32,000 nt of DNA from an uncultured archaeon (GTDB lineage: Archaea; Asgardarchaeota; Lokiarchaeia; Sigyniarchaeales; Promethearchaeaceae), in the NCBI GenBank assembly GCA_964426185.1, contig CAYRPF010000005.1, positions 45,867 to 77,866 of the forward strand, given 5' to 3'. The notes beneath the pieces are model-generated. The model was not told where the DNA came from. It saw only the letters and a list, made by a program, of their open reading frames with translations, and ran no database searches. Position numbers and translations under genes: made by a program. Below, piece by piece: positions 1 to 8,900 of this stretch (position 1 is the first letter of the stretch; the number at the start of each line of letters is the position of its first letter).

Positions 1-498
1 TTTTTCCACGACCGCTGTGGAAGTATGAGACTTTGTCTCTACGATCTTGTCACTCATTAAAAATATTTTTCGTCTTTTATCGTAATCTTCATCAGGATCA
101 AACGGAATTCCAAGAGAAGATGCAAGCATGGTAGCTGCTAAATCTTCAGCAAAATCACTGGCTGTTTGTTCATCTTGACCAAAAGAGTGATGTTCACTTA
201 AATAACCATAATGTTTTTCATCTTTTGGTTTCGCTACGCCAATTGAGGCAGAAATCAAGCGATTTATTTCACTAGAGCAATGCCTGGCTAAAACCGAGTA
301 AACAATTTGCCCAGGTTTCAGCATTTTCAAACCTTCTTCTCTACTTATTTCAATACAATTAGGAGGGAATATTGAAGATACTTGAACTATATTCAGTGTT
401 GAAATACCTGCATCGCGTAAAGCCTCTTCAAAGGATTGCAGTTCTTTCTTGGCACGTCCTACGCCTTTCGTGAAAAACACATATTTTGGAATCATCAT
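1..498 (-). CDS. pdaD: Pyruvoyl-dependent arginine decarboxylase (3' end runs off the window)
   Basis: Not in the ORF track. Manual translation from ATG 498 gives MMIPKYVFFTKGVGRAKKELQSFEEALRDAGISTLNIVQVSSIFPP...GYLSEHHSFG...AEDLAATMLASSLG. It has the SFExALRDAGI motif and the Ser-Ser autocleavage site (VSSIFP) of PvlArgDC. The frame is open to position 1. Confidence 0.93.
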   Translation of the reverse strand, partial: MMIPKYVFFTKGVGRAKKELQSFEEALRDAGISTLNIVQVSSIFPPNCIEISREEGLKMLKPGQIVYSVLARHCSSEINRLISASIGVAKPKDEKHYGYLSEHHSFGQDEQTASDFAEDLAATMLASSLGIPFDPDEDYDKRRKIFLMSDKIVETKSHTSTAVVEK

Positions 499-573
499 TT
501 AAAAAAAGAAGTGCCTAATTTTATCTTTTTCCATTAGTAAGAATGTTAAAAAATACCCCAAATTAGAAGGCGA

Positions 574-1791
574 TTAAATTTTTAAAACGAATTTTGGTTT
601 TAATTTCAATTCTATTTTACCCAGATTCAGATCTTCAACCTTATTAACGATTTTTTTGCCGCGATACGAAAACTGTGTTTCTCTCACATCGCTAAAAATC
701 ATTATTGCTTCTTCATTCTCTTGCTCGCAAACAAAATATCGTGTACCGTCAAATTCCAAAACATCAGTAACTCTATTTACATGAGGTAAATAATACCCGC
801 CGCCGTGAGGAATGACATTAAAATGAGTTAACTGCTCATAGACCCCGTTTTTCTTGGCCCGATGCTCGAATCCTAAATTTTCAATTTGTTTTGTTGTTAG
901 GTTGGGTAAAGCTGTAATTAAATACATGGGTAAATCTGAACGGAGTGCCACAGGAAAAAGCTTCTTTGGGTCATCTGAAATGTGTTGAGCTCCAAGTAAG
1001 ATCTCACCAAAATTTATCAATCCTTGATGCATGGGATTTGAAACTACTTGAATTTTCCCAAATAACATTTCCGCCGCTTTCTTGCGTTTTTCGGCAGCAT
1101 ACCACTTAACATAGTTAAAATATTTCATGAAATCTTTGGCATCGGTTCCGTCCAAATAAAGTATAGGCCCAAACGGAGTATCGATTTTTTTACATATCTG
1201 ACGCAGTTCAGGAGATTGATCATAATATATCCCTATCCCTTTTTCATTCTTTTGTCTTAATTCTGGGGCAGATCCGTGAATCACAAACATAAAATTAGGA
1301 AATCTCATGCTATCATTGAATTTTTCCTCAATTTCGAAAACATCAATGAAATGGTTTCCTTTTTTAAAATCCCATTGAATTTTAATATCATCAATATAAA
1401 CCTCTTTTTGGATGATTTTATTGATATTTTGGATAATTTCGCTTGGTTCTGGTAATTCATCTAAGCCCCCAACTAGCATTCCGCAAGCATTCGGTTTAGT
1501 ATCAATAAAAATTAAAGGATCATGTGCATCTCCCCAAGTTAATTTTCCCCCATAGCCGTATCCATTCTGCCACCGAATTTTATTTCGAGAAATTGTTTCA
1601 TCTGGTGTTGAAATGAAAGTTGCTAATGGATCCTTTCCCAATTGTTCTTGGGCATAATGAATTTTCGCAAGACCATATTGAAAATTCCATCGACACAGTG
1701 AGGATGCTCCATCTTCCACACCTAATGAAAAATAAAAGCTTTTAGCACGCTTTAATAATTCTTTTTTCGATAAAAAGGATATAGCTTGCAT
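574..1791 (-). CDS. Divergent RtcB-family (3'-phosphate/5'-OH RNA ligase-like) protein
   Basis: RtcB motifs occur in the canonical order: TPD, NACG (metal Cys), GNHFI, IHGS, MHQ, PHGGG (guanylylated His) and C-terminal LKPKFVLK. ATG 1791 is preferred over TTG 1815. Confidence 0.72.
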   Translation of the reverse strand: MQAISFLSKKELLKRAKSFYFSLGVEDGASSLCRWNFQYGLAKIHYAQEQLGKDPLATFISTPDETISRNKIRWQNGYGYGGKLTWGDAHDPLIFIDTKPNACGMLVGGLDELPEPSEIIQNINKIIQKEVYIDDIKIQWDFKKGNHFIDVFEIEEKFNDSMRFPNFMFVIHGSAPELRQKNEKGIGIYYDQSPELRQICKKIDTPFGPILYLDGTDAKDFMKYFNYVKWYAAEKRKKAAEMLFGKIQVVSNPMHQGLINFGEILLGAQHISDDPKKLFPVALRSDLPMYLITALPNLTTKQIENLGFEHRAKKNGVYEQLTHFNVIPHGGGYYLPHVNRVTDVLEFDGTRYFVCEQENEEAIMIFSDVRETQFSYRGKKIVNKVEDLNLGKIELKLKPKFVLKI

Positions 1792-1929
1792 TTGCCTTTC
1801 TAGAGGGGGTCTCAAGTTTAAAAAGCTTACGGGTATTTAGGAAAACTCTCAATCGCATAGAACTTCGATAGCAAAGAACCTTAAGGTGGGAACAGCTATA
1901 TATCATTAAATGAATTAAAGGTTTGTACC

Positions 1930-2607
1930 ATGGTATTTACTCGTCAATTAACCAAGGAAGAATCACAAATTTTGCTGAAATTGCAAAAATTTGTTCGATC
2001 TGCTCATGCGGAATCTAATTCTCACGATTATGCTCATGTATTAAGTGTATGTAAATATGCTATTCAAATTGGAAAGGCAATTCCCGACCCAGTAGACCCG
2101 TTTATTTTGAGTGCTGGCGCACTTCTTCATGATATTGGTAAAACTAACAGCGTATTTTCACATATTCATGGGCTTTTCGGTGGTTCTTTAGCTGAAGAGT
2201 TTTTAGATGGAATGAAAATTGATCCTGAGATACGTGATGCTATCTGCAGAGTAGTGATCCGTCATACTCCTACCTCTATGATACCTCCCGAAACTCCAGA
2301 AGAAATGGCGGTGTATGATGCTGATACTTTAGATAGATTAGGATTAATGGGTTTACTTAGAGGATTCATAGGAAAAAATGGCGCGATGGACGAAATCATA
2401 TCCACTTATATGGAAAAGCGCAAACAAGATTTTAAGAAGCTCCATTTTCAAGTAAGCAGAGATATTGGTCTCGAAAGTGAACAAATGATGCTGGCGTTTA
2501 TTGAGATAATAGAGGATCGTTTGAAAACAAGGATGGAGTCTATTCACGATATTTTCAGAAAGGAAGGTTTGTTAAACTCACATTTTCAGGATGGCTCGAA
2601 TCGGTGA
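1930..2607 (+). CDS. HD-domain metal-dependent phosphohydrolase
   Basis: H...HD...H...D signature: HDYAH, LLHDIGK, IRH, YDADTLDRLG. Confidence 0.9.
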   Translation: MVFTRQLTKEESQILLKLQKFVRSAHAESNSHDYAHVLSVCKYAIQIGKAIPDPVDPFILSAGALLHDIGKTNSVFSHIHGLFGGSLAEEFLDGMKIDPEIRDAICRVVIRHTPTSMIPPETPEEMAVYDADTLDRLGLMGLLRGFIGKNGAMDEIISTYMEKRKQDFKKLHFQVSRDIGLESEQMMLAFIEIIEDRLKTRMESIHDIFRKEGLLNSHFQDGSNR

Positions 2608-3321
2608 AACTGTTTTTGGATTGTCGAAAAGCAAACCATCAATATGATGAAATACTAATTCACTCATACGTTCCACTGGATCTTCATAATCCATAAAATG
2701 CCAGCTTAATGCAAGAATCTTGAGTTCATGACACTTTTCAATAAATTGTGTTATATTCGGATGGGTCGATTTCAAGGAGATCATACTGAATGGTAGAGGC
2801 AAATCCTTTTTTGATGAAGCTTGTAGAAATTTTTCCAGCGGGTATTGGGTACATTTAGTAATATTTAAGCACAAAGTGGAGTTGGGGCAAATTTCATGGG
2901 CATCAGCAATTTCAATGATATTTCTACCACTGAAAACCACTTGATCACCTAATTTATTTTTGAGAATTGTTTCCGCTGCCGGGATTCCCGTACCTTTTCC
3001 TTTTAGTTCTACCATAAATTTTGGGGTAGGTGAAGTCCATCTAACTCGCTGTTCGATTAATTCATTAAAGCTTGGAATTTTCCAAAGACCATCTTTGCTT
3101 CTAACTTCATCCAATTCACGGCTTGTATACTCCGATATTTTCCCGATTGCATTCATGGTTCTGTCAAGAGTGGAGTCATGCAGTATGTAAAGCATATTGT
3201 CACTAGAAAGTTGAAGATCGAATTCAATATAATCCATATTTAAGGTTGCTGATTTGTTAAACGCTTGAAAAGTGTTTTCTACCACTCCTACGCGGAATCC
3301 TCGATGAGCTATAAAAATCAT
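2578..3321 (-). CDS. Glycerophosphodiester phosphodiesterase (GDPD/GlpQ-UgpQ family)
   Basis: Motifs IAHRG, ENT, IEFDLQLSSD, LHDSTLDRT and VELK. The true start is most likely ATG 3321 (MIFIAHRG); the 47-aa upstream extension in the ORF track is low-complexity. Confidence 0.92.
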   Translation of the reverse strand: MIFIAHRGFRVGVVENTFQAFNKSATLNMDYIEFDLQLSSDNMLYILHDSTLDRTMNAIGKISEYTSRELDEVRSKDGLWKIPSFNELIEQRVRWTSPTPKFMVELKGKGTGIPAAETILKNKLGDQVVFSGRNIIEIADAHEICPNSTLCLNITKCTQYPLEKFLQASSKKDLPLPFSMISLKSTHPNITQFIEKCHELKILALSWHFMDYEDPVERMSELVFHHIDGLLFDNPKTVSPIRAILKM

Positions 3322-3507
3322 TGTTGAAATATGAAAGGATAAGCTATAAAAATCTTCGGATTCAAGAAGAAGATTGCCAATTAGATTAATAATCAGAATA
3401 GCGATTAAATAACAGTTAAATGAAAATAAAATGGAACAGAAAATGAATGAAATTTGTTCCATAGGAGAAAAAAATAGTAAAACACAGGCAGAAGTAGAAA
3501 AACGGTT

Positions 3508-3780
3508 TCATTCTGCTGCTAGAATATCTGCTGCTGTTATACGCTTTCGTTTTTCTGCTTTTACTATTTTCAAAGCATCTTTTGTAACCTTTGTTCCCAA
3601 TTTTTCTAGTTGCTCAATTAACATGCTCACAGCATCTTCGGCAACTAATTTCGCTCCTTCGGCCTTCATTAGACGTCGCATGGGGGCTTTGGCAATATGT
3701 CCTCCGCTTTTTACTGCGGGTTTTTTCTTTGCAGCCGCTTTCTTTTTCGGCTTAACTTTTGTTGCTCTTTTTTTAGCCAT
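3508..3780 (-). CDS. Archaeal histone with Lys-rich N-terminal tail (90 aa)
   Basis: The histone fold IAKAPMRRLMKAEGAKLVAEDA...KRKRITAADI aligns to HMf-type histones. It is preceded by MAKKRATKVKPKKKAAAKKKPAVK. ATG 3780 has an upstream GTGA RBS-like motif. Confidence 0.92.
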   Translation of the reverse strand: MAKKRATKVKPKKKAAAKKKPAVKSGGHIAKAPMRRLMKAEGAKLVAEDAVSMLIEQLEKLGTKVTKDALKIVKAEKRKRITAADILAAE

Positions 3781-3831
3781 AATAATCACTTTTATTTGAG
3801 TAAAAAAGGTAGATCTCCGCGAATAAGGAGT

Positions 3832-3841
3832 AATATAAATA
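3832..3841 (-). promoter_or_regulatory. Putative TATA box of the histone gene
   Basis: The minus strand reads TATTTATATT, with a purine-rich BRE-like stretch (AAGGGGAA) immediately upstream, ~55 nt before the ATG. Confidence 0.4.
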
Positions 3842-4035
3842 TTCCCCTTATTTTGATTAACTAACTTTGCCCTTTTAAATGTTGTCGCCGAAGAGTGAAA
3901 TTTCTTACGCAATAACTCTGATCATCCGAATTAATTCCGACATATTACGACTTTGCACGCAATATTTGAAATTTTTTTTATTCGATGAATGGAATCTGAA
4001 TTCATAAAAGGGGTGTCGAAGATATCATAATATAT

Positions 4036-5037
4036 ATGAAGGATTATGCAGTAATCTATAACCCAATTTCAGCGGCCGGAAAAACGAAAAAACAATTTGA
4101 ATTAGTCAAGAAAACCTTAGAAAATTTAAATATATCATTCGATCTTTTTCAAACGGAGTATTTTACTCATGCAATTACCCTCGCTAACGATTTAGCAAAT
4201 GATGGATATCGAATTATTGCCGCAGGCGGAGATGGAACTTGTAATGAAGTGTTAAACGGAGTAATCAACTCGAATACCCATGAATTGTTAGGCTTCATTC
4301 CAATGGGAACTGGTAATGACATTCCAGGTGCTGTTGGATATGCACCTAAAGATGTAAAGCGCGCTTGTGAAATAATTGCATCTGGTAATACTGGTCCTGT
4401 TGATGTTGGGGTATCCATTAATTCGTCTGGGGAAAAACGGTACTTTTTAGGCATAGGGAGCCAAGGTTTTGATGCAGAGGTAACCCAACGAACGAACGAA
4501 GGTTCAAAATTGTTACCTGGAACTTGGAATTATATTGCATCCGTGATTAGATCGGTATTCGGTTTTAAAAAACGGCACATTAAACTGACCACGGATTCAG
4601 AAACTTTCGAAGGTCTATGTAATTTAGTGGCTGTGGGCAACGGACCGACTTATGGTGGATTTATGTATATGTGTCCTCGCGCTAAAGTGAATGATGGATT
4701 ATTTCATATTTCAATGGTGAATATGGGCAGGTTTGAGTTACTCTACAAATTTAACACTATGTACTCCCGCACTCTTCATCCCGATCCGCATATTAGAGAA
4801 TTTATTGGTCGAAAGGTTAAAATTGAGATGGTAAATGATAATGATAATCCGTATATTGCTCAAGTTGATGGAGAAATTATTGGAAAACTTCCCGTGGAAT
4901 ACGAATGCATTAGAGATGGCTATATTTTCATCAAACCAAAAGAAAATGAAGCAGAAAAATGGTTCATGAAGCGGTATGGCAAGAAATTTTCCAAGCATTT
5001 GGAAGAATTACAAAACAAAGGGATTGAATATTATTAA
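4036..5037 (+). CDS. Diacylglycerol/lipid kinase (YegS/DAGK family)
   Basis: Motifs IYNPISA, AAGGDGTCNEV, IPMGTGND, GFDAEV, YGG and QVDGE. Confidence 0.93.
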   Translation: MKDYAVIYNPISAAGKTKKQFELVKKTLENLNISFDLFQTEYFTHAITLANDLANDGYRIIAAGGDGTCNEVLNGVINSNTHELLGFIPMGTGNDIPGAVGYAPKDVKRACEIIASGNTGPVDVGVSINSSGEKRYFLGIGSQGFDAEVTQRTNEGSKLLPGTWNYIASVIRSVFGFKKRHIKLTTDSETFEGLCNLVAVGNGPTYGGFMYMCPRAKVNDGLFHISMVNMGRFELLYKFNTMYSRTLHPDPHIREFIGRKVKIEMVNDNDNPYIAQVDGEIIGKLPVEYECIRDGYIFIKPKENEAEKWFMKRYGKKFSKHLEELQNKGIEYY

Positions 5038-5116
5038 TATTAGTAATATCCTTTAAAAAAAAGGTCGGTATCATATTTTTTTAATTTCATAATGCTTTTC
5101 CTTCATTTGATTAAAA

Positions 5117-5911
5117 ATGAATTTTTGGCAAGATATTATTTTGGCTTTCATCCAAGGTATCTTGGAATGGCTCCCAGTAAGTAGCGAAGGCTTTTTGGTT
5201 CTGTTCTCCGTGAACATTTTTCATGAACCTGAAGCAAGCGCATTTCAATTGGCATTATATTTTCACTTGGGAACTGCCTTGGCGGTATTGGTAAAATATT
5301 GGCGGGATTATTGGGATGCTTTTACAAAAAACCGGGATGTGCTCCGTTTTCTCATTTTTGCTACACTTGCCACTGGAATTTTTGGGATTCCTTTATATTT
5401 ATTATTAAAAAATTTCTTGAATAGCAGTGCAGTTACTGGGTTGATTTTAACAGGATTAATTGGAATAACGCTGATGATAACAGGATTGCTACTGAAAGCG
5501 GGAAAAATGAAAACAACTAATCAAATTGCCTTCTCTGAGCGAAAAATTGGAGATGAAATCCTTTTAGGATTATGTCAAGGCATAGCAATAATTCCTGGTA
5601 TAAGTCGTTCAGGGACCACGGTAACATATTTGCTATTACGTGGTTATAAAAAAGAAGATGCCTTTTACATGAGTTTTTTAATTAGTCTACCAGCCGTAAT
5701 CGGGGCGGTGTTATTTGATCTCTTTGTTTCGCAAGATTTTACCTTTGTATTTAACTGGGAATTTTTGATATTAATTTTAATTACCGCTTTAGTGGGTTAT
5801 TTTAGTATGGGTTTACTCTTAAGGATGGCTCGAAAACTTTCGTTTGATGTGATTTGTTTTATCTTGGGTGGGATAACTCTTGTGTTAGTTATCATTTTAT
5901 ATATTTTTTGA
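5117..5911 (+). CDS. uppP: Undecaprenyl/polyprenyl-diphosphate phosphatase (BacA/UppP)
   Basis: Motifs QGILEWLPVSSEG, HLGT and QGIAIIPGISRSGTT; multiple TM helices. Confidence 0.92.
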   Translation: MNFWQDIILAFIQGILEWLPVSSEGFLVLFSVNIFHEPEASAFQLALYFHLGTALAVLVKYWRDYWDAFTKNRDVLRFLIFATLATGIFGIPLYLLLKNFLNSSAVTGLILTGLIGITLMITGLLLKAGKMKTTNQIAFSERKIGDEILLGLCQGIAIIPGISRSGTTVTYLLLRGYKKEDAFYMSFLISLPAVIGAVLFDLFVSQDFTFVFNWEFLILILITALVGYFSMGLLLRMARKLSFDVICFILGGITLVLVIILYIF

Positions 5912-5982
5912 AGTTGACCCTTTTTTAACTGAATTTTTCCAAATAATTTTAAGTTCAGCCACCAAAATCTATTCAGATTGTA

Positions 5983-8900
5983 ATGTTCTTGAATGTATTC
6001 CAATTAACAGATTTTCTTCTCAATAATTTAAATTCCTTTCTTATCGGTTTAAATACTCTAATCGGTATCATTATTTTTATTCGGATGATGGCTCATTCAA
6101 GGCAAGAATTAAAAACAGCCCCTCGTTATAACATTTTTCAGAAAGCCAGTAATTTTTTCGGAGCATTTTCTTACTCATTAATGGTTTCATTAACCGTGGT
6201 TTTTATCATTGCGTTGATATCTTCAATGATTGCTGTCAATGCACTTTATTATATCAATAATTTCAGAAGGGAATTCGCCAACTATAATCAGCTAATTGCC
6301 ACTTTTCAATATCCCGTATTTCTTCCTACTATTCTTGTGTTAATGGCAGCATTTGCTGTATTTTATTCTCTTTTAGAATATCTTTTAATGGCCCAGCCCT
6401 CTCAGGATGCTCCAATGGAGATTCAACGATGGATTGAAAAAACATTTATCGATCGATTTCGTCCTCCTTGGAGTTATCTTGTAGCCTTTATTATATTTGT
6501 GGTAATTGTTTTGCTTGCTCCATTTATTACAGCTCGATTATCTCTTCAGCTTTGGACCAATTTTCCTCCTAATGCAAAAATATGGTTAATTATCTTGATT
6601 TTTATGAGTTGGATTATGTTGGGACCAATTTTTTATCTTTCTTACTATTCCCAAATTGGAATTGTTCAAGCATATTTCCGTGGGCGTAAAATCAACAAGA
6701 AGAAAGATAAAAAAGGTGCCTTTTTCTACTACATTGCACTTTTAGGGATTTTCATGACAGTTTATTCTTTCATTAAAATCCTAATATTAATTTTTGATGC
6801 TCGACCTGACACTGCATTAAATCCATTAGATGCACAAGGTGATTTTTGGCCCATTATTTTTAAATTTATTAAGGAAAGAAGTGGATTGTTAACTCAAGAG
6901 CAAATACAAGCAATTCTTGCATTTTTTGCTATTTTTCCGCTTGGTTTTTCCAGTTTCATCTTAACAACTATTATTTTTGGTTTGGTTGGATTTTACGCCA
7001 AGTTTCTCAGTAAAGAACCGTTAAATACCCCAAAAATGATACTTTTCGCCGCTTACATCATTACGGGTATTGCATTTTCAATTTTCATTAATACAATTGT
7101 CAATTTTCCCTATACATTTCCTACACAGTTTCTAAATTCAATTGGATTTCCTCTAACTACCAGAAACATAAATGATCAAATATTGCTGTTAAGGATTTTT
7201 GCAATTCCCTTATTGATGGAAAAAACTATTAATCTAATATTTTTGATCAATTTCTTGTTTTTAAACAAATCTCTCAAACAACAGATGGAAAAACTTGTCT
7301 TAAATCAAGCTATAACTAACGAGGATTTTGAAATTTTTCAAAAATATCTTAATCATAGGGATCCTTCCATACGTTTGAAGTTATTCATTCATTTGGTTGA
7401 TTACATTAATCTTGATCCCACAATGACCGATCAAGCTAGAGATCAATTATCAAATATTTTTGAACGCTTTATTTTTGATGAAGATCCGAATATAAATCAG
7501 ATGTTTATAGAGAATTCGGCAAAAATTACCGACCTTTTTACTTTATCAAGCCAGTTAAACTTGTGTTATCGGTTGATTGCTAAGGAATCTCCACAATCAA
7601 TCAATATGGGCTTTAATTTACTAAAAATAGCATTACCATATTCACAAAATCTGTCAGACGATGAAAACACACAAATTTTCAAAGTTATGAAGAAAATTGT
7701 CTTAAAAAGTTACAACCCTCAAATAAACAATTCATTTACTGAATTTTTGAGTAACTTTCGCCGTAGTTTTCCAATACTTACTCGGAAATTAATCATCTCA
7801 TTTATTCAAGCAACTCCCCGCTTTGAAATATTGCTTGGGTTAAATTTTATTTCACAATTTCCAAAATTTGTTCAATCAGACAAAGATATCATCATTTTAT
7901 CCATTCAAAATCAATTAAAGAAAATGGATTTAGAAATTATTAAAAATGCTTTACATGCATATATTCGATTTGCGTTAGTTGAAACTTCTTTAATCCCTCA
8001 AATAATGACAGAATTTAATCAAATTACCTTAAATGAAGAGCCCATTATACAAGAAAAAATAGGTGGTATTGTACAGTTTAATTTAATTCATCCAGAATGG
8101 TTTGAGCAGTTTTTTGAGTATCTTCGTATTTACCTTGAAGATTCAAATATTTCAATCAAATCTGATGCATTAATCGCTTGTGGAACTTTAGCTTCACCAG
8201 TAAATGAGTTTCAATTCTTTAATTCTATCTATCCTTATTTTCTTCAAAATATTCAATCAGAAACAATAGAAATTCGAAAAGCCGTGATATCTTCACTTAT
8301 TGTCATTGCTCAAACTCGTCCTGATATATACAATGACCCAAGGTTTCACAAATTGTTCACTTTTCTCATCGTTGATCCTCGTTCAGAAATTCGACATCAA
8401 GTATATCGATTTTTCATCGATGGAGATCCAGAATATATTGTTCGTGATATAGCAAATTTGTTAGAAACTCCCATAAGTATAGGTGTGCGTGTTGATCTCC
8501 TTAATATTTTATCTCAAATTGTACCATCTGTTATACCTTATGTAGATGATATCGATCTTTACCGTATATTGATGGAACAGCCTTTCTCAAATCAAGAAAA
8601 TGAAGTAAATATGTCTGTAATTCAAGAATTGCAGGAAGATAAAACATCTTTGTTTGGATTTCGGAATTTTCAATCTTCGTTTAATCTCTATGACTCAATT
8701 GTTGCGTTAATGTATGATTTAACATACTACATTCCAGAAAAATATCATATCCTCGTTGATTTTTATCAAAAACATCAAAAATTGGAAAATGATTTCAGTC
8801 TTGCCAAGAAAATAGAATTTTACTCTAAGATTATATATGAAGAATTAAGCCTAACCAGAACGGTAGGAATTACTTTTACTTTGGTAAATTTAATTGAGCT

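Noticed and set aside
1878-1887. Palindrome ACCTTAAGGT between the RtcB-like and HD genes
   Set aside because: A single 10-bp palindrome is expected by chance in 32 kb; no second copy noticed.
3431-3799. 122-aa plus-strand ORF
   Set aside because: Antisense shadow of the histone gene; its Phe-rich composition mirrors the Lys codons.
3781-3912. 44-aa N-terminal extension of the histone in the ORF track
   Set aside because: TTG start that spans the TATA/RBS region; ATG 3780 has better signals.
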